Positions 10,564 through 20,323 of a stretch of DNA of 64,000 nucleotides are shown piece by piece. Made by a program: the position numbers and the translations under genes. The stretch is from assembly GCA_965248755.1 (NCBI GenBank), contig OZ252149.1:960001-1024000 (forward strand), given 5' to 3'. Source of the stretch: Candidatus Latescibacterota bacterium (GTDB lineage: Bacteria; Latescibacterota; CBDEFO01). The notes under the pieces were generated by a model. That model ran no database searches. It saw only the letters and a program-made list of their open reading frames with translations, and was not told the origin of the DNA. Numbering within the stretch: position 1 is the first letter of the stretch; every line of letters begins with the position of its first letter.

Positions 10564-10567
10564 AGCA

Positions 10568-10780
10568 GCACCCGACCTGCACCCGCTACAAGCCCCGTAA
10601 CTGCTGCACCTATGCCAAACGGGTGCAGGTGGAGCAGGTTTTTCGGTATTGTTGTATTGTAAATGATACTCAAATATATACAACAAGATACTGCAAAAAC
10701 CGTGTAAACCCGTACCCAGGTGTCTTTTAGAGAGTCCTGACGCGGGTTCTGGCGGGTGCGGGTTGGGTGCAGGTTCCGGG
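10568..10780. repeat. Iteron-like GGGTGC(A/G)GGT repeats in both orientations around an AT-rich core
   Basis: ACCTGCACCC at 10575; GGGTGCAGGT at 10621 and 10765; GGGTGCGGGT at 10754. Confidence 0.6.
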
Positions 10781-10781
10781 T

Positions 10782-11789
10782 CTACTGTCTGCTTGTCTCC
10801 TCAAATCGTTCGCTCAAGGTCCAGATGGACATCTTATCTGTCCATAGATAGTAGAAACCCAGGATATTGGTAAGGATCCAGTGCAGAAGGTGTATCACCA
10901 CAGCGTAACTTACGGCTAAATTCGGATCTCTTATCCCGGCAAACGAAAGACCCTCTCTACAAAACCAGTGGAACGTCCCTATGAACCCCGGAGCCGACGG
11001 GATTACCACTCCCAAGGTGGTTACCACTTGAACCAACAAGGCGTCAGCGAGTCCCAGATCCATCGAAAAGGAGGACATGACAAAGTAGAAGGAAGCCGCG
11101 GCTGAAGCCCAAAAGCACAGGGAGCAGGCTATCATCAGCCAGAAGTCTTTGGGACTCTTGAAGAGATTCAGATTGCCGATAAACTCGTCGGCCATCTTTG
11201 CGGCCCTTTGGGCGATTTTGGATGATACGGGTCTCAGCAATCTGTCCAATAGATTGATAGTGACCCTCCTGTACTTATACGTTCCCCATATCCCTCCTAT
11301 CAAGAGAAGATTCATAAAAAGCAGGCTCAAACCCCATTCTCTTATAACGTCAGAACTCCGAAAAGCGAGCGATCTGTAAAAGACCAGACATCCCCCCAAA
11401 AGGAAGAGCAATATGGTCACATCTGTCACCCTTTCCACAAAGACAGTGGAAAAGGCGGACGAACCGCTTAAATTCTCTTTTCTCCCCACAAGGTAGGCTC
11501 TTCCGAATTCACCTGCCCTGGCAGGAAGTATATTGTTCAACATAAGTCCCACAGACAGAATCGGAAAGAGACGACCTGTCGGAATATCCTTAAGACCTAA
11601 CAGAAGATACCGCCATCTGAGCGCCCTGAAGTATACGGACGAAAGAAAGAAGACAGTGCTCGGGATCAGAAAACCTGCTCTGATGTCCTTTACTATCTCA
11701 AATCCTCTCACCAGATCCACATCCCTGAATGCCTGCCACAAAAGTATGCCGCTTACAACTATCCCTAAGTAAACCGACCATTTTTTCAT
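10782..11789 (-). CDS. Lysylphosphatidylglycerol synthase TM / flippase-like (UPF0104) membrane protein
   Basis: RALRWRYLL, NNILPARAGEFGR, VERVTD and PSAPGFIGTFH motifs; multiple TM segments. Confidence 0.88.
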   Translation of the reverse strand: MKKWSVYLGIVVSGILLWQAFRDVDLVRGFEIVKDIRAGFLIPSTVFFLSSVYFRALRWRYLLLGLKDIPTGRLFPILSVGLMLNNILPARAGEFGRAYLVGRKENLSGSSAFSTVFVERVTDVTILLFLLGGCLVFYRSLAFRSSDVIREWGLSLLFMNLLLIGGIWGTYKYRRVTINLLDRLLRPVSSKIAQRAAKMADEFIGNLNLFKSPKDFWLMIACSLCFWASAAASFYFVMSSFSMDLGLADALLVQVVTTLGVVIPSAPGFIGTFHWFCREGLSFAGIRDPNLAVSYAVVIHLLHWILTNILGFYYLWTDKMSIWTLSERFEETSRQ

Positions 11790-12493
11790 ATACCCTTGAA
11801 AATCCCGTGCTTGAATATAGTATATAGAATCTTCGCCCCCGCCAGAATCGTCCCTTTGAAGGTTCCAGTTATCTTGGAGGTTCCAACTCTCTTTCGATAG
11901 CTTACGGGGATCTCCTCCACCCTAAGTCCCATCTTTGCCGCTTTGATCTGCATCTCCACAGTCCATCCGAAGCTCTTATCCTCCATGTTCATAGCCATAA
12001 GATCTCTATACGAAATGGCCCTAAAGGGTCCTAAATCCGTATATCTCGTTCCGAAAAAGATTCCGATTAAAAGGGAGGATAAGGCGTTACCGAATCGGGC
12101 TTGAGGCAAGAGAGCGCCCTTTTCTCTTTTGCCCAAAACTCTTGAACCTATCACCATCTCGGCTCTGCCGGACAGAATGGGCTCGACTACCTTTGTCATC
12201 TCATCAGGATAGTCGCTGTAGTCCGCATCTATAAACACCACCACATCCGGCGATTCTAAAGCCGCTATCCCCGCAAGACACGCATATCCGTATCCTCTCT
12301 TTTCCTCATAGACCACCTTAGGTCCCATACGCTCTGCTACCCGGGCCGTGTCGTCTCTCGATCCGTTGTCCACTACCACAATCTCATCCGCCAGCCCATC
12401 GGGAATATCGCCCAGGACCTTCCCAATGGAATCCGCCTCGTCTAAGGCCGGAATGACGACAGATATTCTATGTTTTCGGCGACTGATGGACAA
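11786..12493 (-). CDS. Glycosyltransferase family 2 (DPM synthase-like)
   Basis: VVIPALDE, VVDNGSRD, FIDADYSD and TDLGPFRAI motifs. Confidence 0.9.
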   Translation of the reverse strand: MSISRRKHRISVVIPALDEADSIGKVLGDIPDGLADEIVVVDNGSRDDTARVAERMGPKVVYEEKRGYGYACLAGIAALESPDVVVFIDADYSDYPDEMTKVVEPILSGRAEMVIGSRVLGKREKGALLPQARFGNALSSLLIGIFFGTRYTDLGPFRAISYRDLMAMNMEDKSFGWTVEMQIKAAKMGLRVEEIPVSYRKRVGTSKITGTFKGTILAGAKILYTIFKHGIFKGI

Positions 12494-12619
12494 CTTCTCC
12501 GCTGCTGCAAAGGCTCAGGTAAGACACAAAGACGCTAACTCTAATATCTTTGCGCCGTGGTGCTTTAATGGCTGAAGAGTCTTAGGCTCTGCCTTTCCCT
12601 GTCTGCTGAATACTTTCTA

Positions 12620-13384
12620 CTAGCTTGTCCTGATGTCTGAGACAATTCTCTTACAGGCGTTGAGGAATATAGCCGTATCCACAGAGATAGATACGTATTG
12701 TATTCCTGCATCTATCCACATCTTGGCGGACTCAACGTCGTCTGCGAAGGTTCCCACCGCCATCTTGGCATCCCGAATCTTTGAGACTGCCTCTTTCATA
12801 TGGTTTATTACTCTGGGATCTTTCACCTGTCCTGGTATTCCGAGAGACTGAGACAGATCATATGGGCCTAAGAAGACGACGTCTATATCGGATACAGTAA
12901 TTATGTCAGCCAGATTTTCTATGCCCTTTATCCCCTCCACGTGGATTACCGTCATCGTCTCTTCGTTCAACTCATCCGTAATCTTCGTACCCCGCGCTGA
13001 GTAATCAGTAGCCCGGACGTAGGGAGAGAGCCCGCGCTCGCCCGATGGGCGATATTTGGCGGCCCTTGAAGCGGCTTGGGCGTCCTCTTTGCTCTCTATC
13101 TGAGGGATCTGAACGCCCGCTGAACCGATATCGAGGGCTCTTAATATCTGAGGTGGATCGTTCTTCCTGACTCGAATTATGGGAGCAAGGCCTGAAACAT
13201 CCGCAGCGCGGCACATGTCCTCCACTAAACGAGCATCCAGCGGGCCGTGCTCCATATCCAGAATAGCAAAGTCGAACCCAGCGTATCCAATTATCTCCAC
13301 CGTGCCCGGATAGGCCCCCGCTACAAATGGCCCAAGAACGACCTTTCCGTCTTTCAGCATCTTTTTGACTCTGTTTTCTTTCAT
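12620..13384 (-). CDS. HpcH/HpaI aldolase/citrate lyase family protein
   Basis: GFDFAILDMEHG, RALDIG and FLGPYDLSQSLG motifs; start moved to MKENRVKK because the upstream extension is repeat-derived. Confidence 0.9.
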   Translation of the reverse strand: MKENRVKKMLKDGKVVLGPFVAGAYPGTVEIIGYAGFDFAILDMEHGPLDARLVEDMCRAADVSGLAPIIRVRKNDPPQILRALDIGSAGVQIPQIESKEDAQAASRAAKYRPSGERGLSPYVRATDYSARGTKITDELNEETMTVIHVEGIKGIENLADIITVSDIDVVFLGPYDLSQSLGIPGQVKDPRVINHMKEAVSKIRDAKMAVGTFADDVESAKMWIDAGIQYVSISVDTAIFLNACKRIVSDIRTS

Positions 13385-13891
13385 AGCCGCCTCACAAGGG
13401 TTATAAAGACAAGTAGCAAGAGTACCACTCTCCCATCCCTTGTCCCCGATTGATTCTATTGGAGATTGGGGGTCGGGTTGGCGAAGCAATCTCACTTAGA
13501 CTGCCTCTCTCTCTGCTGTCCACATTTTTCGTTTAGGCTTCGTCTATCTCCTTATGGACTTGGCCAATTTAGCACACTGGATGCCATCTGTCAAGCTAAA
13601 TGCGGCTAGAACCTGCTTTGGGATCATAGCATTGGCTCTTGTTAAATTCGAGCGTTCAAAAAACTGTTGACTTATCAAACTTTACTCTGTAATTTTCAAG
13701 ATATAAATAGTGGGTGCAGACACGCGTTTCTGACCTCAAAACCTGGGCAAACCCCTGCGTGGTTTGTTGCCGACTCTCGTCCAACCTACCCACTGCTTGG
13801 CCTGCTGCGCCATCGTCTTCTCAACTGCCACACGGGTTCGCCCCTACATTCTGGTATTACAAATGGAAAACACACAAACAATGGAGATTAG

Positions 13892-14665
13892 ATGTCTTCC
13901 AGATGGGATCTTAAAAATATAACCTTCAAGGTTGTCCAGGAAAAGAAATACAGGGTCGCAGTTTTGCCTGTGGGATCCACGGAGCCTCACGGCTTTCACC
14001 TTCCTTACGGCACAGATACTATAGAAAGCGAAGGGATCGCCAAGAGAATATGTCAAGAGGCTGAGGCTAGAGGAGCTAATGTCGTTCTCCTTCCCTCGAT
14101 CCCTTACGGGGTGGACTCCAATATGATGGAATTCCCAATGACAATAAATGTGCATCAATCGACGCTGAACACTCTAATTGGGGATATAGTCAGGTCGTTA
14201 GATTACCATAAAGTTCCGAATTTAGTAATATTAAACGGTCACGGTGGAAACGAGTTTCGCCCCCTTTTGAGGGAACTTTCCAATGAGACTGATGTATTCA
14301 TATCCTCGGTCGATTGGTGGAAGGTGGGACAGGACGTGTACCATGGGATATTTGAAGAAGGCGGCGAACACGCCCACGAAATGGAAGCCGCTGTCACCCT
14401 GGCTTTGTGTGAAGAAGTGGTTCACATGGAGGACGCTGGCGATGGTAAAGTGAGAAAGAGCCGCTTTGAAGCTGTAGATAAGGGGTGGGCAGTGATAACC
14501 CGGCCGTGGCACCTTCTGACCGATGATTCTACCTTCGGGAACCCTAAAAAGGCGACTGTTGAGAAGGGGGAGAGATATATAGAGATTATAGTCGAAAGGA
14601 TCAGTAAGTATATAAGGCAACTTTCGGATTCACAAAGGGATGAAACGTTTCCGTTTCTGTCCTGA
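13892..14665 (+). CDS. Creatininase family protein (paralog 2)
   Basis: GSTEPHGFHLPYGTD, NGHGGN and HAHEME motifs. Confidence 0.9.
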   Translation: MSSRWDLKNITFKVVQEKKYRVAVLPVGSTEPHGFHLPYGTDTIESEGIAKRICQEAEARGANVVLLPSIPYGVDSNMMEFPMTINVHQSTLNTLIGDIVRSLDYHKVPNLVILNGHGGNEFRPLLRELSNETDVFISSVDWWKVGQDVYHGIFEEGGEHAHEMEAAVTLALCEEVVHMEDAGDGKVRKSRFEAVDKGWAVITRPWHLLTDDSTFGNPKKATVEKGERYIEIIVERISKYIRQLSDSQRDETFPFLS

Positions 14666-14688
14666 ACATTCATCTATGCGAGGAGAAT

Positions 14689-15147
14689 ATGGACGAAGCG
14701 AAGGTAGGCATAGTAATGGGCAGCAGGTCGGATGAGGAGGCAATGTCGGCTGCCGCGAAGACGTTAGAAAAGTTCAATATACCGTACGAGATCGTAGTTA
14801 CATCGTCCCACAGAAATCCTGAACGGACGGCCCAATATGGATTGTCCGCCGAATCGAGAGGACTTAAGGTTATAATAGCTGGAGCAGGTCTTTCGGCGGG
14901 GCTGCCCGGAACCCTTGCGGCCAATACCTTAATTCCGGTCATAGGAGTCCCCATAGACGTAGGTCCCCTCTCTGGAGCGGATGCCCTCTATGCCATAGTG
15001 CAGATGCCCAGAGGAGTCCCTGTAGCGACAGTAGGTATAGGAAACTCCGCAAACGCAGCGATATTAGCCGCCCAGATCATAGCCCTCTCCAACGAAGGGG
15101 TGAGGAAAAAGCTTTTGGAGTACAGGGCAGAGATGTCCGAAAAGTAG
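14689..15147 (+). CDS. purE: N5-carboxyaminoimidazole ribonucleotide mutase
   Basis: IVMGSRSD, SSHRNP, IIAGAG, PVIGVP and VQMPRGVPVATV motifs. Confidence 0.95.
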   Translation: MDEAKVGIVMGSRSDEEAMSAAAKTLEKFNIPYEIVVTSSHRNPERTAQYGLSAESRGLKVIIAGAGLSAGLPGTLAANTLIPVIGVPIDVGPLSGADALYAIVQMPRGVPVATVGIGNSANAAILAAQIIALSNEGVRKKLLEYRAEMSEK

Positions 15148-15822
15148 GTGTATGACGTGACTAGCCGATTTACCTATTTCCAACGGGAAGGACGCGATAC
15201 TCCCACAATTAGAGTCGATCCCAGAGATCCCGACAAGGAACTTCTGGAGAGAGCTGCGCACACAGTAAGATCAGGCGGAGTCATAGCATATCCCACGGAG
15301 ACCGTCTATGGCCTGGGCGCTGACCCTTTCAATATCCCTGCTATTGAGAGAATCTTTGGAATCAAAGGTAGATCTCCCGAAAAAGCTATCAGCATACTCG
15401 TCCCGCACCGGGATATGCTCCCAGATCTCTGCGAAGAAATCCCATCCGATATAGCAAAACTTATCGACAAATTCTGGCCTGGACCCTTGACTGTTGTGTT
15501 TAGAGCCAAAAACTCTCTACCGAAGGAACTCTTGGCAGGCGGGGATTCTGTAGCCGTCAGATTGTCCAGCAATCCCTTAGTTGAAGCCCTGATGAAGAAA
15601 CTTCAATCCCCGATCACATCTACAAGTGCCAACATCTCAGGCTATCCTGCGTCTAGATCAGCCTCGGACGTTGCCGGTCAATTCAAAGACAAAATCGACC
15701 TGATAATAGATGGAGGGATCAGCCCAAGCTCAAAGCCATCAACAGTGATTGCCTTTTTGGAAGGAAAGGTCCAAATTCTCAGGGAAGGTGCTGTGACGGC
15801 AGATGAAATTAAATCTGTATAA
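15148..15822 (+). CDS. tsaC: L-threonylcarbamoyladenylate synthase (YrdC/Sua5)
   Basis: YPTETVYGLG, KGR, WPGPLT, TSANISG and PSTVI motifs. Confidence 0.93.
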   Translation: MYDVTSRFTYFQREGRDTPTIRVDPRDPDKELLERAAHTVRSGGVIAYPTETVYGLGADPFNIPAIERIFGIKGRSPEKAISILVPHRDMLPDLCEEIPSDIAKLIDKFWPGPLTVVFRAKNSLPKELLAGGDSVAVRLSSNPLVEALMKKLQSPITSTSANISGYPASRSASDVAGQFKDKIDLIIDGGISPSSKPSTVIAFLEGKVQILREGAVTADEIKSV

Positions 15823-15875
15823 AGATGAGAAGCAAATAAATCGTAAAAACGGACATTGGAAGTGAAGATGTAAGA

Positions 15876-16079
15876 CGCAAAGCTAAAAGAAAGGCTCCCA
15901 AAATTGTTCTGCGGGACGGCAAGCCAGCAGCAGTAATCCTGGATATTGATGAGTACCGGGGAATGTTAGATCGGATAGAAGATGTGGAAGACCTGGAGAT
16001 GTTGGGGGAGATGAGAAAGAAGTCCCTTCCGTTCAGGAGGTTAGAGGACTTCCTAAAGGAATATAGTCCGAGTGTATGA
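15876..16079 (+). pseudogene. Phd/YefM-like antitoxin, start codon not evident
   Basis: Open frame RKAKRKAPKIVLRDGKPAAVILDIDEY...LEDFLKEYSPSV* overlapping the relE start; no ATG/GTG/TTG between the upstream in-frame stop and the domain. Confidence 0.65.
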
Positions 16080-16326
16080 GGTCTATCTTGAGCGCGCGGC
16101 TGAACGGGACCTCAGGCGGCTTTCAGCAGAGCAGTTTTACCGCATCATTTCCGAAATTCAGACTTTAGCCAAAGACCCACGTCCTGCTGGATGTCGTAAA
16201 ATCACCAGCTCAAAGAGTGATTGGCGGATTCGGATTGGGGAGCATCGAGTCATCTATGAGCTTGATGAGCAGGCAAGGGTGGAAAGGGTGATGCGGGTCA
16301 GACATCGGCGAGAGGCATATCGATAG
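16072..16326 (+). CDS. Type II toxin, RelE/ParE family
   Basis: MYEVYLERAAERDL...DPRPAGCRK...WRIRIGEHRVIY...RVRHRREAYR. Confidence 0.88.
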   Translation: MYEVYLERAAERDLRRLSAEQFYRIISEIQTLAKDPRPAGCRKITSSKSDWRIRIGEHRVIYELDEQARVERVMRVRHRREAYR

Positions 16327-16655
16327 AAAATGGCACTTATTGAGATAGACCAAAAAGTTAAACAAGCCATCCAGATCAGCCTCGGACGTTTCCGGTTAAT
16401 TCGAAGATAAAATAGACCTGATAAAAGATGGAGGGATCAGCCCAAGCTCAAAGCCATCCACAGTGATTGTCCTTTGGGACGGAAAGGCCCAAATTCTCAG
16501 GGCAGGTGCTGTAAGAGCATATGAGATTAAATCTTGCATCGCCCTATAGCTTTCTTATGTTCTCGCCCAGAATCTCCTTTTTTCCTCATACGAAAGTTTA
16601 GCGTAATATGTTCTGTTAAGCGCCATTGCAGCGTTGGAGAAAGAGGAAAACGACT

Positions 16656-17459
16656 ATGCCTGAGCTGATAGACCGAAACTACCTGCTGACAGATCAGTAT
16701 AAGGGAGCGTCGAATCTCAATGCGCGGTTTCAGCTTCATGAACGCTTCAGCACAAATAAGTACGGTTGGCACCCGCGGGTCTTTGATCAGTTCAATCTAT
16801 CTTCAAAGAGCTGCATCCTTGAATTAGGCTGTGGACCCGGCCTTTTATGGCTCACGAATAACGACCGCGTTCCTGAGGGCTGGTATATTACTCTGTCAGA
16901 TTTATCGAGGGGAATGTTGCAGGAGGCCCGACAAAACCTTCGCGAGGGCCATCGGCATTTCAAATTTTCAGTGGTTGATGCCCAGTCGATCCCTTTTGAG
17001 AATAAAACCTTTTACACCGTTATTGCCAATCATATGCTCTATCATGTGCCGGATAGGATGAAGGCATTTTCGGAGATCCGTCGGGTCTTGAAAACCGCTG
17101 GACGCTTCTATGCAGCGACAAATGGTCGGGACAGCAACCGAGAGCTTCGAGAATTGGTAGAGAAAGTTGATCCGAACGCCTAAAGGGCCATTGACAACTC
17201 TGAGATGTTCATCCTTGAGAATAGTTGCACTGAGCTCTCCCGATGGTTTTCAAAAGTCACACTACGTCGATATAAGGACGTTCTTGTCGTTACAGATGCT
17301 GAGCCTCTGGTTGCTTATGTCCAGTCGGGAAAGTTTCTTGTTGATAGCAAGTTAATAGAATTTAGAAGACACGTAGAAAAGGAAATAAAATTACACGGCG
17401 CCGTTCGTATCACCAAAGCTCCTGGTATCTTTGAGGCCTGTCGGGACGATAGTGCTTAA
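16656..17459 (+). pseudogene. Class I SAM-dependent methyltransferase with internal stop
   Basis: ILELGCGPG and ANHMLYHV motifs; in-frame TAA at 17181-17183, after which the same frame continues to 17459. Confidence 0.8.
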
Positions 17460-18226
17460 AACGAAGCATCGTCGAATGTGCCAGCCATAGGATACTAGAT
17501 ACGTCCTTTCTACTTCACGCACCCCAAGCTTCTCAGATATTCGACGGACTTTGCGACCCTCACCTACGTCTGTGGGTGCGTGAGTAGCAATATCACATCC
17601 GAAGCTATATGTCGAGCGAAACGAATGGCTACAACGACAGAATATGTCGTAATTCTATCAAGGAGTAGGTTTTCTGTTTCCCCTCGAATTCCTTCCGTTG
17701 GTTGTTCGCCAGATGTAAATACCGTTGGCTATAAGCAGGACTAATCCGAGGGCAGTAACATCGTAGACATAGGTAAACCATTCTCCGAAGAAATATCCCG
17801 TATGAATCGAATGTACCACATCCCAGAGCCCATTTGATTCATCCTCCTTTTCCAACCATCGCCAGGTTTGGCCTCCATTTGAACTCGACAAAGCGCCCTG
17901 AGATGTATTCAACCAAATCGTCCCTTGGGGGCCTAAAGCCAGACTTCTAATCTGAATTCCTTCTGCAGCCGGTACAAAGGGCAGATTTAGATGCTCCCAT
18001 ATCCTCCCGCCGTCATACGACCGTATCGTTCCGAAATCTTTTATAGCCACGTAGACTGTATTTGTCTGATCCGGTGCAAAGGTTACGTCCACTACATTTT
18101 CAGATGGAAGCAGCATGGGAACTTCATTCCAGCTTTCGCCGCCGTCCGGGGACAGGTACAATCCCATGTTAGTACCTTTGAACAACCTTGTGTGATCTGT
18201 ACTGCTTCCCAGGAAAGCGACACCAA

Positions 18227-19090
18227 TTAAGCAACCTGGGGTAGTAGATAAAATTGTTTTCTCCACTCTTTTGGGGTCTTATATCCCAGGGATGAATGAA
18301 GCCTGTTCTTGTTGTAATTATCGATCCACTGAGATATGATCTTCTCAGCCTGTTCAAAGGATTCAAACTTGTGAAGCCAAACACACTCTTGCTTGAGGGT
18401 CCTGAAAAAACGCTCTACAACACCGTTCCAATCGGGTTTACCACTTGGTATGTATTCCTGACGAATTCCCCAATATTCGGTACTGGCCAAATAGGCCCGA
18501 GCCAAAAAGATGGAACCATTGTCAGAGCGCAAAGTGAGACCCTGGGGGACAGCCTCCTTGGAAGTGTATCGAGAGATCACGGCCCGATCCAGGGCATCTG
18601 TGGCCTCCAGTGCCCTCCCTTTTCGACTAAAACGATACCCAGGAACCTCCCGGCTTCCGTTGTCCACCACCGCAATAAGAGGACACCAACCATCTTTTCC
18701 ACAGTAAATCTTTGTCAAGTCACTCGACCACAAACTGTCGGGACTATCCACCACAGAACGCTTCTGGGCAACCTGTGGCCCCTTTCTCCCGGGACGATTC
18801 CACAGCTTACACTGCCACCCCTTAAGCTTCATTATCCTATGAACCTTCTTAACGTTGACACATTCCCCTTCCTTGAAACGAAGATGCGCCCAAACCCGCC
18901 TGTGACCAAATGCCTCTTCTTGGTCCAGTATCCCTCGAATACGAAAAGCAAGCTCCTCATCTATCACAGGCTCTTTAACAGAAGAACTGACACCTCTATC
19001 CCTAAACCTATACAGAGTCGAACGATGCAAACCCAAAGCCAAAGCTACCACCTTGCGGGAATAGCCTCGACCCAAAAACCGCCCACTCAA
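18227..19090 (-). CDS. IS3-family transposase OrfB
   Basis: Near-identical paralog of 8428..9291 with DDE intact. Confidence 0.92.
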   Translation of the reverse strand: MSGRFLGRGYSRKVVALALGLHRSTLYRFRDRGVSSSVKEPVIDEELAFRIRGILDQEEAFGHRRVWAHLRFKEGECVNVKKVHRIMKLKGWQCKLWNRPGRKGPQVAQKRSVVDSPDSLWSSDLTKIYCGKDGWCPLIAVVDNGSREVPGYRFSRKGRALEATDALDRAVISRYTSKEAVPQGLTLRSDNGSIFLARAYLASTEYWGIRQEYIPSGKPDWNGVVERFFRTLKQECVWLHKFESFEQAEKIISQWIDNYNKNRLHSSLGYKTPKEWRKQFYLLPQVA

Positions 19091-19416
19091 GGCAACCGCT
19101 TCGTTTTTTTTAGACGGGCTACCTCTTCGAGTATCTCCAACTGGAGCGTCAACTGCCCTACCTTGCGCTCCAACCGGCTAACCTCTCGCTCCTTCGGATC
19201 CTTGCGACCACGCCGAGACTTCAGACTCTCCTGGCCCCCTTCTAAGAAACTATCACGCCAAGCATACGCCTGCGACTGGCTAATTCCATTCTTACGACAC
19301 ACCTCAGATAGATCTGCTCCTCTCAAAAGAGCCAACACAATCTCTCCCTTACGGGTCGCCGTCCAGCGCTTACCATCTTTCACTTCGGGGCTCGACACCT
19401 TGACCTCCCTTCTCAA
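19087..19416 (-). CDS. IS3-family transposase OrfA
   Basis: Near-identical paralog of 8102..8431; A8 site retained. Confidence 0.9.
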   Translation of the reverse strand: MRREVKVSSPEVKDGKRWTATRKGEIVLALLRGADLSEVCRKNGISQSQAYAWRDSFLEGGQESLKSRRGRKDPKEREVSRLERKVGQLTLQLEILEEVARLKKTKRLP

Positions 19417-19699
19417 ACCCCAATTTGCGAAATATTTGTCGCTCTGTCAAGGGGAGCGGTATGGATCTTCAGGGTCCACAGCTATCGAAAGAGTCTTCTC
19501 GGCTGCGCCTCCCAAGAGTCCAGGATAGTGCAAAAGTAACCCGCTTACAGAAACCAGGAATACGAAGACAGCGCTTGAGGCTCCTATATACCGGAACCTG
19601 CTTGGTTATATCCTTACGTCTCTTTATAGCTCCATTAGATTTGTTGACAAGAGTGCCTCTCTTGGTCGGTTTATCTATTCTTACTTGCGCCATTTCCCT

Positions 19700-20317
19700 C
19701 CCTCATATAGAGTTCGTCTATCAGGGTCAAGACCCTCTTGGTGCCAGCAATCACAGCCCTAACAGATAGAGTAGCCCCTGTGATATTGATAATATCCCTG
19801 TTCATTCTGATTTTGCTATGAGAACTTTTTCCGAAAAATTGGTGCAAAAAACGCTTTCTTTTAACTTCTCCTCCGCTCTATTCTCTATACACTAGAATAG
19901 CCATATTCGCTATTTTCCCTTCGGGATCGACCTTGACTATAAAGGTGATGGGTCTGTACATACCTATCTGGTTCGCTATCATCGAATAGCCGGCGATCTT
20001 CCCTTTGCTCCATCCGATAGAGACCTTGAACCGGTTCTGTTCCAATCTCCATCCCAAACGTCCCTCTATCTCCTTCTTCTCCTCATCGCTCAAAATATGT
20101 ATTCGAGAGAGACGCTGTCGGTGTTCGGAAACATCTTACTTAAGGCCTCCTCCTCGGTCAGATAGACCTGGATAGAACCTATCTCCTCCTCGCTCGGTCT
20201 TTCCTCTTGAGCGTAAGCAGATCCCCATGGAAAGCTCAATATCACAACGCACAGGAAAATTCTGATTGCTTCTGTTGGCTCGCAATGACATTGCTTACAG
20301 ATTCTGATCTCCTCCAC
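19700..20317 (-). pseudogene. FMN-binding domain (flavinylation substrate) protein, frameshifted with internal stop
   Basis: VYLTEEEAL...PITFIV..DPEG..ILVYRE*SGGEV...FLHQF...INITGATLS; frameshift near 20095 and TAG at 19878-19880. Confidence 0.8.
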
Positions 20318-20323
20318 ATTTAT

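Larger units (their letters stand above)
15655..16534 (+). repeat. 162-bp imperfect direct repeat of the tsaC 3' end (15655-15816 and 16373-16534) flanking a TA module
   Basis: Hand alignment gives about 18 mismatches in 162 nt with no gaps; the second copy has an in-frame TAA. Confidence 0.9.
18198..19463 (-). mobile_element. IS3-family insertion sequence, copy 2 (1266 bp), 4-bp TSD GATC
   Basis: Same IRs as copy 1 in opposite orientation; GATC at 18194-18197 and 19464-19467. Confidence 0.95.
17658..19693 (-). pseudogene. PepSY-associated TM / BNR-repeat membrane protein disrupted by IS3 copy 2
   Basis: Removing the IS joins ...SVSGLLLHYPG...AVDPEDHTRLFKG...SPDGGESW...SYDGGRIW...HSIHTGYFFG; additional frameshift near 19600. 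Confidence 0.75.

Noticed and set aside
16560..17480. Integron cassette boundaries around the methyltransferase
   Set aside because: Only isolated GTTRRRY-like words; no paired attC boxes
17181..19880. Stop-codon recoding (in-frame TAA at 17181, TAG at 19878, TAG at 7995)
   Set aside because: Mixed stop types, two of them in genes that also carry frameshifts; TAG, TAA and TGA all terminate housekeeping genes normally
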